The notes beneath the pieces are model-generated. The model saw only the letters and a program-made list of their open reading frames with translations, was not told the DNA's origin and did no database searches. This document shows, piece after piece, positions 50,259 through 64,000 of a DNA stretch of 64,000 bases. The position numbers and the translations under genes were made by a program. The DNA lies in NCBI RefSeq assembly GCF_036321535.1, contig NC_087438.1, positions 3,970,001 through 4,034,000 on the forward strand, given 5' to 3'. This stretch comes from Camelus dromedarius. Lineage: Eukaryota. The stretch's first letter is position 1. Each line of letters opens with the position of its first letter.

Positions 50259-50639
50259 CACGATAGCAAATGTTTAATCAATGTTTCTTGAAACTGAATT
50301 AGGCGCAAATGAGAGAGAGAGATTAAGGTGCCCACGTGCAGTATCCTTAGGCTGTCCCAATATTTCCCCTTTGCCAACCTAACCCACTCTCTGACCAGCT
50401 GATAACAAGCACCTCAGTCAGACAGCACCACTTTTCTACAGTGATGGCCGTGACATTCTGCTCTCCCTGACCCTTCACATCTCCTCCACCTTCTACTGCG
50501 GGCCCGCTGCTTCCCGTTCCTCCTACCCGCCTCCTCTGTGCAAGTGGCACGAGGCTGAGCTCACCCGCTGCTTGCAGGAAGGTCCCCTGGCTAACCTGGG
50601 AGCAGACCAGTAGCTGCAAAGTCCCTGACACAGTGGCTC

Positions 50640-51191
50640 TGTTACCAGACGTGGGTGCACTCCCCTGCAAGCAGCACAACCCATCTACTGACACCATGTT
50701 GTGTGAAGGAAAGGGCAGGTTTATTGCAAAGCCAAGCAAGGAGTATGAGCAGCTAGTACTTGAAACACCTGAACTCCCCAGTGGATTTCAGGGAGGAGTT
50801 TTTAAAGGCAGAATGAGGGAGAGGGTTGCAGGGTGCCTGGTCAGCTGACTGGCTGGCGGTGAGGTCATCGGGAACCAACATCACCAGCCTTCTGGTTCCA
50901 GTCGGTCTTGTGGCCTCCATACAGTTAATGTTTCCACCTCATGAGGGTTTTGGTGTATGTAAAACAGCTCAAGGGTATGGTTCGGGATATTGTCTACAGC
51001 CCTTGAGGAGGAAGTAAAGGTCCTTGACTTTGTTTAATGGCTAAACGATTATAATCTTGTCTTGCATGACTGGTTTCCTTTGTTTCTGCATTTTCTCACT
51101 TCCCTGATTGAGTTTGCTCTTTGGAACTTGGGGAAGGCCTGGCAGGCTAAAGGGAGGAGCAGGGGTCACAGCGGGGTCCTGCTTGGCTTCA
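50640..51191 (-). mobile_element. Endogenous retrovirus solo LTR (ERV1-like), 552 bp
   Basis: TG...CA termini; identical 4-bp flanks gctc at 50636-50639 and 51192-51195; tttatt near 50720 is AATAAA on the minus strand. Confidence 0.75.
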
Positions 51192-51879
51192 GCTCTCCGG
51201 GCCAGGCAGGGAGGAGACTACCTGTGGCCCTAACATGATTAACATGATTAAACGTCTCGGCTGGAGAGGACGGGTCCCCTGGGGACAGTCTTGCGTTCAC
51301 TTTGCGCCAATGGCCACAATGGTGCCCACCTCCGTGCCCCAAGTGCAGCCCTAGCCCCCGTTCTGTCTCCTGCCTGGTGCAGCCAGAATTACCCCTGGAA
51401 CCTGGCTGGTCTCTGTGCTGACCAGCGGCTGTTGACGGGCGTTGTCTTTGGAGGCCAATTACACAAACGGTGACAGGCCAGGATCTGAGATGTGCTCATC
51501 TGACAGTTAAAGCAAAGGGTCAGTCAGAGAAGGGGGAAGAGGGAGGACTAGCAGCAGGAGAGGGAAGGTCAGGAAGAGGAGATGACAGGCTGCTGGGAAG
51601 CCCTGCACAGTGTCAGAGGTTGGCAAACCTGGCTTTGATCTTCCCAGAGGAAGATGGTGAACAGAAACTGCCCACCATTTGGCCAGGGTGCCAGGGTGCA
51701 TGTCCATGCATCGGTAGGAGTTGAATGAGAAGTGACACTGATCTTGGCAGGCCGGCAAGAACCTCTCGCTACGTTACCCATCTCTTACCTGTCCCCACCA
51801 TCTTCTCCCGCACTTGGCCCCTTCACTTACACCCAGGGTGAGAGTCGTCAGGAAGTAAATCCAGAAACAAAAGGGAAAT

Positions 51880-52010
51880 CATAGAATTGTAGCATTTTTA
51901 AAACTGGAAGAAAGCTGAGATAATTTGGCTTAATTTTCTCATTATGTCGATGAGGAAACTAAGAATCAGGGAAGTTTGTTCATTTGCCCAAGGTCACATG
52001 GCTAGTTAAC
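51880..52010 (-). mobile_element. MIR SINE
   Basis: gatgaggaaactaagaatcagggaagtt...ttgcccaaggtcacatggctagt is the recalled MIR core. Confidence 0.7.
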
Positions 52011-53959
52011 GTCCAATTCAAACTCAAGGGCACAGACAACATACTCGTTTAACAAACGTCCCTGTTTCCTGAAAGTTTTAGTAACCATCCTCAGTGATAA
52101 AAGAGGGTCAAAACCTCACCAACCAAGCCATTCTCTGTTCATAAGCTCGCTTCTTAAGGAAAAAAAATTTGTTTAGAGCATGTTACTTGTCACAGTGTTT
52201 TCATGTATAGTGTTTTATAGGATTCACCATTTTTCCCCACAGGTAAAGGAAATAGTAACAGTGAATAGTTATGAAGCTAAAATTGGAATAACAGACCAAA
52301 AAACAAAGTAAGTTTTATTCTCAGCTGTATTGTGGTGATCATTTCACAATGTAAAATATATGTTAATTATGACTCAATAAAATTCATTTTAAAAATAAAT
52401 AATGACTGTTTTTCTTGAATTGCATTTTATTAATGGGAGTATGCATAATTTCTGCCACTGGGAAGCCCCTGACATTATGCATAATGTGATGAGAAGTTCA
52501 CCCCCAGGGTTAGATAACAAATGCTGGGCACTCCACCAAAGCACAAGACATGAGTGGACTGCACGGGTCACCCAGACCTTTTCTGGCCACTCTGGGCATG
52601 TCTTCTGCAGAAAACAAGGCAAGAACCACATTTAGATGCAATTACTCTAACACCAGGAGGCTGAACAAAGACACTGGGCAGCTAACATTTTAACATGTCT
52701 GTGGTTCCTTCCTCACCCATCTTCCAGCCAGGAGATGCCAGTTTTCCTTTACTAGAAGGTAGGAACTTTGTCTGTAGACAGACTTCTTTCCCCTCACACC
52801 AGAAGTGATACTGGCATCTGTGACATAGAGTCTGTCATCCGCCAGGAGAGCCTGGAGAATTGGATTTTGCTCTTAGATTTGTGTGCACTGGCTTCCGTCC
52901 GCCAACCATCTCCAGAACCTCCCAGGAACCTCCTGCATCCCAGGCTGACCAAGAGCAGAGGGAAGCAGGTCTTTCTCTTACACTGTCTCTTATTGATCCA
53001 GAGAACCCGTCTCGGTGAGAAGACGGAGCCCAACAGCGTCTCCCTCCTCTGTACCATGTGGTGTGGTTCTTGGCTGCGTGCAGATCAGAGTCCTCCTCCT
53101 TCATCAACAGGTGTCCATCCCAGAACCTGGAGGCGTATGTAGGGTAGGAGGCCTGGAGGCATGACTGACCCTGGAATCTGTGAGATAAGTGAACGCAGCC
53201 CACGATATGATGAATTTTATTCCCAATAAACCCTCTAGTTTAATGAAGACATTTCAAGATATTTTATTGTGAAAATCTTAAAGCAACCTAATAAAAAGAG
53301 GAAGAAGAGGAAGGAAGAGGTGGAGGAAGAAGAAAGGGAGTGAAAGCAGGAAAAAAGAAAGAGAAAACGTTGGTGGGAAGGTAGGAAGAGACCCAGTATT
53401 TCTCCTGACTGAGTCAAACTCCCTTTAATCCTAAAGCCACATTATTCAAAGTGCAGTTAATGAAACTGTCAATAACCCATTCCTATTAAAAGCCCAGCAC
53501 TATTCTTCAATATATTGTAATGGTGATGTCTTAAAATTAGGTCCAATTTACATTTTACAAATCACTTTCACTGTCCGAATTTGATTCACTACCCATGTCA
53601 GTCCCACGAGGCAGGGAAGGGCGGCGTTTGTACCGTATTTGGAAATCTGGATGTTTGGAGGGGATTATTTCAAGGTCACGTACTCAGGTGCGTGCAGCCT
53701 GGACAAGGCATGTGTCTCAGGCCTTGTGGGGCCAGGAGGGGTGCTTTCCTTCCTACCCACGTCCTGTGAGGTTTCCAGCACCCGGGGCCCCTCAGGCATG
53801 ATGTTTTATTCTTGAAATATGATTAGTGTCAGATTGTTTTACAAACCATGTTCACGTGGTGGGAACACATCCCCTAGTGGATGACTCGCCAAACTCGTAG
53901 TGTGGTGGGAGAGGGAGACAGAAGACTAAAAATTGTATCTAAAATACGATTCAAAGTAA

Positions 53960-55480
53960 GAGAAGGATGACAAAGAAGAGAGCAAGTGCTCTGAGAAGCA
54001 CGAGAGGAGGCTGTACCCTGCTTTGGTGGTGACGGGAGGCAGCAGGAAGCTCTTCTGAGAAAGTGATGTATAAGCTGAGACCGAGGGGGAAGGCACAGCC
54101 GGGCAGAGACGTGACTGAGTCTCTACGACTCTTCTGAGTGCAGAAGAAGCAACTGGAGAAGCTGGGCGCGTGGGGCTAGGATCCGCGAGTATGCACAGGT
54201 CTGGCTGCACCACATGGCGACAATGAAACAGCTGGTACAGGTGGCACACATCCTCTGCTCGGAGCCCTCGGTGTGCCCCACTGTCCTGGCCCCTCCCAGG
54301 ACTGTCCCTCCCAGTGGGCAGAATGAAGGGCTCGCATCTGGCAAGGGGTGGTGTCTCCATAACCCTGCACCAGCCTGTGGCCAGCGTCCATCTGACCAGT
54401 CAGTGTCCTTACATGGCCAGCTGCAGAATGCTCTGAATAGGACCCTGGACTGGAAGGCAAGGTAAATAGTGTGTGTGTGAGTAACGCATTGAGGGGCAGT
54501 TACAGTTAGTGATGGAAAGGCAGCCCCTGGACTTTCCCTGCAGTGGGCAGGAAGGTGACTGCTAGCTCATGATTTAGAAGGTGGCAAGCACAGGTGTTTG
54601 ATCTGGTCGGGTCTGCCAGGCAGCCGACCTCCATGCGGAGGACAGTCATACGGGACAGTGCTTATGAGTGACAGCAGAACTTGAGTGATGAGGCTGTGGC
54701 AGGAGACCAAGCCTCCGAAGAGTGAGGGAGGGCGGAGGGGAAAATGCAGTGAATACCTGACAGGTAAGACTAGCAGGAGTTACTTGTCGGCTGGATGCAG
54801 GGTACGGTGAAAGATCGGTTCAGGACGCACCACCGGTTGCTAACTGGAGAGACTAGTTGGGGGAGAGTCACTGTGGGTGGATAAATCAGGAGGAGAAGGA
54901 AGAGAGGCTGGGTTGCAGACATTTGGGGAAGGCTGTGCTTTATCCAGTGGAGTGAGCGCCACCAACCAACCAGGTAAATGAACTTGAAGCCCAGAAGAGA
55001 GGTCTGAGCTGCAGACAGACTTAGAGTCATCAGCACATGGGTTTCAGTTCTGAGCACTGAAAAGCAGGTGGAATTATCCTGAGTGAATGTGTTGAGTGCG
55101 TAGAGAGGGGAAGACAGAACCTTAGGAATACCAACATTTAATTTCTCAAGCAGAATAGGTGCTCAAAGAGAAACCAAGATAACATGGTCAGCAGACACAA
55201 AGAAGCATGGAGAATGATGTGTCTCAGAAGGGAAAGGAGCAGAGAAGTCCAAGAAGCAGGGAGCGGTGAGCAGTGTCAACTACACCAAAGACCCCAGAAG
55301 ACGAGGGCTGAAAGGTCACCGTTGGGATTTGCAGCTAAAAGGCATCAGTGACTTTACTGGGAGCCATTTCAGTGATGGAGTAAAAGCCAGCTATGGGCTG
55401 AGAAGCAGAGGTGTTGGGAATGGAAGCAGAGGGCTCACAGTGGAGAGGAGGCAGAAACCAGAAGGAAAGACAGGTGACTT
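53960..55480 (-). mobile_element. Degenerate L2 fragments, antisense (discontinuous)
   Basis: gagaaagtgatgtataagctgagacc; cagaagagaggtctgagctgcagacagacttagagtcatcagca; gtgtctcagaag...cagtgtcaac...gcatcagtgacttt. Confidence 0.55.
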
Positions 55481-57054
55481 TCTCTTAAATTTTGACTGCA
55501 TTGCAGTAACATGTATGTGCTCTCTCCAAGGCAGGATCTCATTCGTGACCATGGAAGTCAGACGGGGTAGACAGGACCCGGGTGCTGTGTGGATGAGAAG
55601 TTACGCCTACAGGTCACTAGGGAGACAGAAGTAGCGCTAGAAAGGGCTTCCTCATCTCCACCCAAGTTCAGAGCTTTCTGGATGAGCGACTGTCATCTGG
55701 GTGTCCCTGCTGCTCCTCCCCTCCCTCCTTAGACATCAGCGTTGGCCCAGGTTGGGCTTTGATTCTGGGGAGTGGAGGAGACATAACACGTGGTCAAAAT
55801 CCCGCAGCTTGAATTCAGTTCTCATCATTTTATTTTTTTCTCCAGGGTTTTGTCTGGAGTCAAAGTCCTTCCCTTTATTTCTCCAGTAGCTAGAGACAAG
55901 ACAAGTTAGACAGGATTTTCGGTAAGACACCCAGATGTGAAAAGTCAAAGGAGGCACAGTCAGTGACTGTACCATTGCAGAACATAAAAATGAGAATTCT
56001 TGAGAACTTTGGCCATAGAAGATACTGTATTTCACACCACTTCATATTTATACCACTGGAATCCAATCTAAGTTCGTAGTATTAGGATTTATGTGGATTT
56101 TAACTGCACAAAATCAGAATAAGTGGGATCCAGTTTTCTGTTCCTTAGGGCATTATTAATTACAGCCCTGATGAAAAGAGGGAGCAGTGGGCTCAGGACG
56201 CCCACTTCTTCTTCAGAAGGGTTTCCTGAAGATGAACGTCAGAGTCTGACTGAGTCCTTCTCTAGAGCCCCAGGGACAAGGGATGGGACCTCTCGACGCC
56301 TGTCCCCATCACCACATCCACTCCTAGCCTCCCGTCTGTGATGCAAGATGCATCAGGCACCTGAAACATAGGTCTTCTTGCAAGAGGCGGTGGACAAACC
56401 CACACAGGCGTGCCCTGAAGGCAGCAGCCCGCAGCACACAGGAGAGGAAGCTGACCTAGGATGTAGCTGACGGACCACATGGCAGAATTAGAATGCCGAG
56501 GCAATCTTCAAATACTAAGTTTAAGTGCAAGAGGAGCCCTCTATAAATTTCCCTTTATGACTTTAACATTCATAATTTATTTCCTTCCTGGAATCTAGTG
56601 CCTTGCCGTGTAGCTGGCACACAGCGTGGAGACCTCAGGAGCGGAATCAGAAAGCGCAAAGCACACTCTTGACTTCCGCGCCTCGAAGCCCTCGGGATTT
56701 TAAAATTCAGTTTACATTTCCTGAGACCAAGACTTCCAGGCTCTGTGGTTAACAACCACAGCCCAGTAGTGGCTCAGTCTAAAATAGGTTTTAAGAACAC
56801 GTTTCGCATAGCATGCTCTGTGAGTCTGAGGACTGAGATGACTGTCCCGGAGAGGGCAACGTGCCCGAGGGGGAGCTCCCTGGTTTCAGGCCCTGAGGGG
56901 GCAACAGGGATGAGTAAGGTCAGTCTGCCGGGACCCTCCCTACTGCTGGGGATGAGCAGCTGACACCGAAGGATGTACTGAGTGCATGATGGGTGTTCTG
57001 TTCTACCCTAAGGTAAAACAAAGCATGACAAAGAGCAGCCAGCAGCATCAGACC

Positions 57055-57212
57055 TTTGCTTCTCAAAGGGGGGTCTGTAGACCAGCCTCAGCACCTCCGG
57101 TCAGAGATGCAGGAGGACTCCCAAGCCCCAGCCTAGAGTGACTGAGTCAGAGTCTGCATTTCTGTAAGATGCCCTGGTGATCTGCAGGTGTATTAAAATG
57201 TTAGGAGCACTT
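57055..57212. mobile_element. MER5-like hAT DNA transposon relic
   Basis: ttctcaaa...agaccagc...actgagtcagagtctgcattt...ccctggtgatctg...ttaaaatgttaggagcact. Confidence 0.6.
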
Positions 57213-58369
57213 CAAAGTTTGGAGAACCCCTGAGCCTGAGATGAAGGTCCCCTGTGACAGAGGCCAGCCCCTCTGATGACACCCACCCGCCTGCCAGCCA
57301 CTTCTGATGCCTGTCTCCCGGCTCCTCCACTGCCTGCCTCGTCTCTCCTTGTGAGTTTGGTATCCGAGCTCTCCTCCAGACGGCAGAGTTGTCCCCGACC
57401 TCTTCCTTTTCCTATTGCCATTCTCACTCATTTCCATCTCCCAGGACAAATTCTTCATGCCTATGCCTCTAACGCCCACAAGTAAAAATGATAGTTATGC
57501 TTCAGAGCTGATTTTGGCTACAATTGTGTGAATGAGCATGACATCGTGTTAGCTGTCATTAAACGTGACTGAGCACCTGTGCATCTGCTGTTCTAAACAC
57601 ACCTTAGCTGGGGCAGCTCATAAATCAGCCTTCATAATGATTTCATTAATTTCATCACTTCACAAATTAGAAGCTCGGAGAAGAGAGAGGTTACAAACAC
57701 ACTGAGGTCCTACAGGGGGACGTGGAGGGGTGAGGGTCCGAGTCGTATTCTGAGAACCTGTAGCTTGTGCTGGAACCAGCAGGCTGTCCTGCGTCTCGAC
57801 AGTGAACCCCAGCCAGTCTCTCCATCCATCACAGACCACGAGATCCAGGCTCAGGCACACATATTTCTGATGTCAGCTCAGGCAACTGAGTTTGTTCCAA
57901 GCCTGCCCACCCTCCTCCCCGCTCCAAGCGGTCTGGGTCCCTGAGGATGTGGCCATCCGTGGCCGCCTGGACTGTCTTTTCTCCCAGGGACCTGGAAGCC
58001 ATGCTTGACCTCCCCCCTCCCCCATGCCTGCATCAATCACTGGCCAAGACTTATGGATCCCACTGCAGGGTGGGTATGGGGATCCCCAATGTGTGTCCTC
58101 CCCTCTGTTTACTCCCCTAGGGCTTCAGTTCAGCCCCGTGGCTCTCTCATTACCAACAACTTCAATAGCCCACTGATTTGTTCCACGTTTTGGGGTCTTA
58201 CTTTCAAGTCCAGACACAGCCACATAGCTGACCCCGAGCTGCCTGAAGTGTGAATTTAATGTAGCCACTCCCTTGTCTAACACAGGACCATTTTCTAGAA
58301 GGCAGGTCCAAGTTCAGCAAACATAATAGCCACCACGGGTCACTTGGTGAGCTTCCCATACGAGCTCCA

Positions 58370-58970
58370 TGTGAACATGTGTATACCTCCCCGTACACAC
58401 ACATATCCCAGATGCATATCCCCACGTGTATACAGATATATGCACATGCACATACACCTCAGACACATACACACATCTCATACATGCACAGACTCATACC
58501 TCCGCACACCCACATGTGTTCCCGCATATGCACAGATATGTGTGCCCATTTATGCACAGACACACGTCCTCATATAACATATGCATCCCATTGTGCAATA
58601 CTTATACATCTGTACACAGGCAGACAGAAACTCCCATTTACACACATACATCTATCTGTACCTATTTCTGTATCATCTATACATAGGCAAGTATCACCAT
58701 ATATACAGACATATACCTTCATACATACACAGAACTGCCCTGTGCATTCACAGACGTATTTCCCTGTATACACGAATACGTGCATATGTATCTGTTTGCA
58801 CACAGACATCCATTCCCACACGTCATATACACACATTTGCATATATATATATCTCCCCATATTTGCACTGCGTATATCCCTGTATGTGCACATCCATATA
58901 GCCCCATAATTCACATATCTATGTGCTTATACATACACAGATATGAAATTTTATTTATACAAATGCATAA
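58370..58970. repeat. Degenerate CA/TA-rich low-complexity tract
   Basis: About 600 bp of cacatata/tacacaca-type words; explains the His/Thr/Ile/Tyr-rich ORFs here. Confidence 0.85.
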
Positions 58971-60114
58971 ATCCCTTGGCTTCTTATAGTCATTTAATGC
59001 TTGTAAACATCCGGTAGGTGAGCATTATTAGCTTTTTTTTCAGGCAGCTAGACAAAGCTCAGGAGGGTAAGTGGTGGCCTCAGGGCCTGCAGCCAGCGTG
59101 GTACAGGGCCAGGACCTGGTCCTCGGGCCCCGCCCACCCCTCTCTCTTGCACTTGCCAGTTTGTCCTGCTTTAGGACCTCCTTTGTCCAGTCTCCCCCTG
59201 CAAAGTGCCACATGACACGTCCACATTAAGGCAGTGTTGTTTTGCAGCCCGTGGGAATGTTATCCATCCTCAGGTGGGGGGGTGTCCTGGTTTGCTGGGG
59301 CCAGATGCTGAAACAGCTGTGTGCATTCCTGCTCTCAGACAGGAGGCTCCTCCGGTGTTGGGAAGGAGAAGTGTGACTGATCACAGCCTTTCCTCGGAGG
59401 GTGTCCCCATGTGTGTGAAATCTGACTATCACAGGAAAAAGCCAATGGCAGAGAAACCCTCTGCTGCCTTAGTCCTGCGAACGTGAACAGCCCTTTCCTT
59501 TGGGCAGCTGTGTGTCCCCCACAGCTCCGTCGGTTGAAAACAATTCACTGGTTTAGAGAAAGGTCATCTGGGCAAGTCCACTTCCCCTAGGTCAGCAGAC
59601 CCCCTTCTCCATGCTGACGAGCGGGATGGAGTTAACCCCTGTTTCTCAGTCTCTGCATCTGAGTACTTTTGATGGTAGTTTTCTTGCTGTGGAACAGCTA
59701 TGAAATCCCTACAATAATTATATATACACAAAAGGTATGTATAAATTACATAAATAGACAATTTTCATTAATCCCATCCCAGATACATACCTTGACCTTC
59801 AGGATATATTTTATTTAAACAATGTTTAAAAACCTTATGGCCAAATATTCTATATTAAATGTATATGTTGTACAGTTAACTGAACCCATGTTCACACTCT
59901 CCCATGTCGAGTCTCCCTCTGAAAGAACTTGCCCGTTGAGTCTAGGCAATGAGTGGGATCTGACCTTTTTCTGGTCACACTTACACTGTGTGAAACTGGG
60001 AAGGCCACATGGCTGGTGTTTGAACCATGGTTCAGTACCAACTCAGACATTTGAAATAACAACACAGACATTAACCGCCATGACCACTCTTTAATGAATA
60101 CGCGTTACTGAGTG

Positions 60115-60640
60115 ATGGTGGGCAAACTCCAAGGTGCCCTCGTGAAACCCCCTTCCCGTGAGTGTGGATGGGACCTGGGCTTGCATCTAACCACAGAATG
60201 TGCGTCTGCAATGGTGGGGAGCGTCTGTGATTCCAGCGTGTGTGTGTGGCCGTGCTGGCTGCTTGTTCTCGCTTGCTTGTTAGCCTTGAAGAAGCAAACA
60301 GCCACACGGTAAGCTGCTTCTGGAGAGGCACACGTGGTGAGGAACTGCAGGTGGCCTTTGGGAGCTGAGGATAGGCTCCAGCCAATGCCCAGTAAAGCCC
60401 AAAGCTCTCAGCCCTGCAGCTGCAAGGAACTGAACTCCGCCACCCACCTGAGGTGCTGGGTAGCAGTCTCCCCTGGCCAGACTTCAGATGAGAATACAGC
60501 TCTAGACTCCTTAACGCAGCTTGTGAGAGCTGACAGCGGACCCGGTGCCTGGACTCCTGGCCAAACAAATGTGAGATGATACGTGTGTGTGTTTTAGCCT
60601 CCCAGCGTGGTTTCCTTTGTTATCTGGTGGAAGAACACTC
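60115..60640 (+). mobile_element. MaLR LTR (MLT1-type)
   Basis: gtgagtgtggatgggacctg...gagaggcacacgtggtgaggaactgcaggtggcc...agctgcaaggaactgaactccgcc...ttcagatgagaatacagc; related to 20055-20538. Confidence 0.75.
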
Positions 60641-60810
60641 ATGCATTGTCCAGGTCATGTCACAGCCCTCTGGAGGCAGCTCTGTTGTCCCCATTTTGAG
60701 GATGAGCGGGTGACTAAAGTTCAGAGATGCTCAGCAATCTGCCCAGGCCTTCACAGCAGAGACGGGGCCGGCACACAGCCGGGCTGATGGGGCCCAGGCC
60801 TGGGCGCTAC
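60640..60810 (-). mobile_element. MIR SINE
   Basis: cacagccctctggaggcag...ccccattttgaggatgag...actaaagttcagaga...tgcccagg. Confidence 0.55.
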
Positions 60811-61839
60811 CTCCTCAGAATGGTAGTCTCTCTCTGTAACGTGCATGTCTCCCTGTCCTTGGGTGGGTTTGCATAGTCAATCCCTTACTTCTGTCAGGCG
60901 TAGGGTACCAGGAGGTCTGGTTGTCCCACTGATGTCCACACCTCTGCCCCTACATCCTGCCCAAGTGCAAAGTTTCCAGAGCGGGGGGCACACTCTTGTG
61001 CTCTGCGATTGTCTGACATTTTACTTTCACCACAAGTGGACACTTTCTATCTTCTCCAGCTCCTCTGCATCCACAAGCCCACTGACCCTTACTCAGGAAA
61101 ACTGAGGCGTGCATTTGGGTGAAAATGACACCAGTAAGCAGGGCCCCTCTGCGTGTGAAAGCTTGATAAACACCAGGTGATGGTGAAGGTGCAGAAGCTC
61201 GGCGGGGCGTTGATGCCACGTTCAAACATCTGCCATGTGTGTCCCTCGCTGGGCCCATTAGCCCACGCTCTCTTACAGCCCCATCCTGCCCCCACCACCC
61301 ACCACGTCCACCCACACACCCACACCAAAGTGGCTGCACTCTCCTGGCCAGAGGCGTGGAGTGGCCACTGCTGGCCACAGCCTGGGCACACTGCCCAGAA
61401 CCTCCAGTAAATTTTGAGATGATTTTTCTTGCGCTTGTTTATTTTAGATGCTTGAATCACGTAACAAAAGAAGAAAATGTTACCATTTTTATGTGTGTCA
61501 AGGGGCCTTGGCCTTGTCTGTCTGTTTATGTCATTTTAGACAAAAACAACCCAGCTTTCAGTTATAACAATGTGTGCCATGAAAGGGCAACTTTGGGAGT
61601 CCTCATTCTCAAATAATGCTACTTTGTTCTAGGGAAGAAATTAATATATAACTCCCTTCCATTTAAAAATGAAACTGCACTGAAAATTTTGTGCTTGCTG
61701 AAAGTTATATTTCAGAAATATCCAACCCAAGATTGAGTGTTTAAAATTTTACTGTAATTATTACTGTGAATAGCAAGGGGTTGTGCGTAGGTGGCTGGAA
61801 CATTCAGAGGATGTGAGAGAGGAAACTAATAATTTTCCT

Positions 61840-61975
61840 TAAACATACCCCATGAATCCTTCAAGGTGGGCATGATTATCCCGATTTTGCAGTGCAGAGA
61901 CGGAAGGCTCAGAGATGGTAAATAATTAACTAAGTTACAAAGTCATGAAGTAGCAGAATCAAGATTTCTACCCTC
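61840..61975 (-). mobile_element. MIR SINE
   Basis: attatcccgattttgcag...gaaggctcagagatggtaaataa...agtagcagaatcaagattt. Confidence 0.55.
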
Positions 61976-62684
61976 AGAAAGGACCATCACTTGTGGGTTT
62001 TTTTTTTACTACACTATGCTAATTTTCTCTACAAAGCTAATTGCCACAGATACAATAAAAAAATACTAATGTAGTATTCTATTTTATGTTTATTACATGC
62101 ATTCTTCATTCTACTTAGAAGCTTCAGGGATACCTTGCAGTCAAATAGATCATCCTGGCAAGGAAGTTGCTTTCAAGAAATAAATTGATTCATTTTAGAT
62201 GTTAGTACCCTATCAAATAATGACAAAGAACAGAGTAACTTATTGCATTCTCCATAACCATGGGATGGAGGAGATCGCTGCCAAGTCTTTCAGGATTAAG
62301 AAACCAGCACCATCTTACACAGATGAGCTTTCAGCCACTTCCTCTCTCATTCTGTTGGAGAGAACCCAGTCACAGGCCACGCATAACGTGTAACTCACCT
62401 AACGTGTGAGGCTAGGAGTTGTGGCTTTGATATGTGCAACAGCAAAGGAGATGAATTTTGGCGGACAGTGAGCAGGCAGCATCACACTCATCCTTTTGAA
62501 ATTGTGCCGAGGGTCAGGGGAAGAAACAGAGCTCAATGTGAAATCTCTGCAAATCCGGAAAAGACGCCTCCAACGTCCAGGTCCCTCTGCAGGGGTTCAG
62601 AGGGATCGTATCTGAAAAACTCTAGGTACCAAGCGATCATTAAATGTCCAACTGCTTTCATTATGTCTCCAGCCGATGGCTGAG

Positions 62685-63115
62685 TCTGGAGCTGAGACAC
62701 TGTCATGACTAGATGAAGGAGTATGGGAGTGACTGACCATTAGGGGATGGTTCAAGTCAGTAGAAGAGATGAACTCATTTAGGCAAAACTTGCAGAAGCT
62801 TATAGAAAAGAAGAGGACTTAGGACTAACCCCAGAGGGATTTAAACGTTTGGAAGTCTGGTAGGAGAGGAAAAGCCATCAGAAGAGACTATCAAGAATCT
62901 GCCATTGAAGAAGGAGGCAAATTAGGGGTGTGGCTGAGAAGACACTAGTCACTCCCGCTCAGCGTGACAGGGTCAGATAGTATGGGTGAAGCTTGTGACA
63001 CGGAGATCCTTGCTGACCTTGAATCCTGGAGAGGTTGAGAGGGAACCTATTTGAAATAAGTTGGAGTGACCAGCAGTTGAGGAAGTAGAATTAAGGAGCA
63101 CTTGCTCTGAAGAGT
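62685..63115 (-). mobile_element. L2 fragment, antisense
   Basis: aggactaaccccagaggg...aacgtttggaagtc...gaggaaaagccatcagaagagact match recalled antisense L2 motifs. Confidence 0.45.
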
Positions 63116-64000
63116 TTGCTTTCTGGTTCATTGGTGGTTAACCAACGTATTCCATCAAAACAACAATTATGTGCTGGAAATTCCTTAAAAAGCTTTGTCA
63201 TCCGTGTAAGAGGCCGCCTCTATATTTTAAGTTCTGGGAGCTCATGATTGGCAGTTTTTCTTTATCCCCATCTTACATTACCATTTACACGAACCAAAAC
63301 ACTCATCTTGCCAGAGAAGTAAATTGCCACTTTGAAACAGGGAAAATGGGCAAAAGTATAAAAATGTGAATAATCGGCGTTGTGAGTCAGTGCTGTGTGA
63401 TTGTGTGATTAAGGCAATCTGCATCCTCTTAAGCCTTTCTCTTTCTTGCTTTCATAATTATCGGAACACTTTTCAGATCGTTAACCCTGCCAAATACAAA
63501 TTAGGGAAAAGGACTCTCCCGACTAACACAGACTTCCCCTAATCCCATCTCCACGCTCCAAACCACAGAATTTTCTATGTGAAAATAATCTTTTATGTTT
63601 TGCCTCCCAACTGTGTTCCAAATTCTTCCTAACCTCTACCTATCCGTAACCTCCACTAAGTACATATATTTGAAACAAACAAAAAAAAAATTAATTTACC
63701 CTGAATTCTTTGATGGCAGAATACAGACATATTTATTTCTTCTTACTGTGAGAAAAGCAAATGGCATAGTGGTCGTTGTATAGATTGACTCCAAAGATGG
63801 TAAACTATTCAGATGGTGTATTACTCACAGGGTGAGATAGCTGAATCATTTGAAGGTTCTTTCTCATTTTCATTAATAAATTGAGGATGCTTCTGAGTCT
63901 CCTAAAAGACATTGGAGAGCTTCGTGGACTTTGAGGACATTAGAAGACGGTCTCAGAGAAAGAAGGAAAACACAGGAGCAACCCCAACGCTGAGCACCTC

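Noticed and set aside
46528..51251. Tiny tandem duplications (aatatgtactt x2 near 46530; taacatgat x2 near 51231)
   Set aside because: Ordinary slippage duplications.
55847..55921. 75-nt candidate exon with good acceptor and donor
   Set aside because: Stop codons in all three frames and no other support.
58344..58989. Several overlapping ORFs of up to 176 aa
   Set aside because: Low-complexity CA/TA sequence that is poor in stop codons.

Overview
Mammalian genomic DNA, probably camelid (camel/alpaca lineage), inferred from two tRNA-derived SINEs resembling the camelid Vic-1 type and from the L1 3' ends. It reads as intronic or intergenic. I recognise no host protein-coding exon, RNA gene or CRISPR array, and nearly all ORF-track entries are chance or repeat-derived frames. 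The main structure is a three-layer nest at 31724-38227. An MLT1-type MaLR solo LTR was interrupted by an older L1 3' fragment. That fragment was in turn interrupted by a young 5.4-kb L1 (32407-37785) with a perfect 14-bp TSD and a 5' inversion. Flipping the inverted part back rejoins ORF2 with no base lost or gained, giving 1265 codons with one nonsense codon. The rest is old L1, L2, MIR, MaLR, ERV-LTR and MER5 relics, microsatellites, one strong CTCF-like motif and a few repeat-free enhancer-like stretches. I found no convincing new biological system. The best leads are L1 details: the exact inversion, a catalytically intact endonuclease-only ORF, a 405-bp inter-ORF spacer with a short uORF, and a conserved 3' G4 motif. 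Repeat family names come from recalled consensus motifs, not a database search, and edges of old repeats are approximate.
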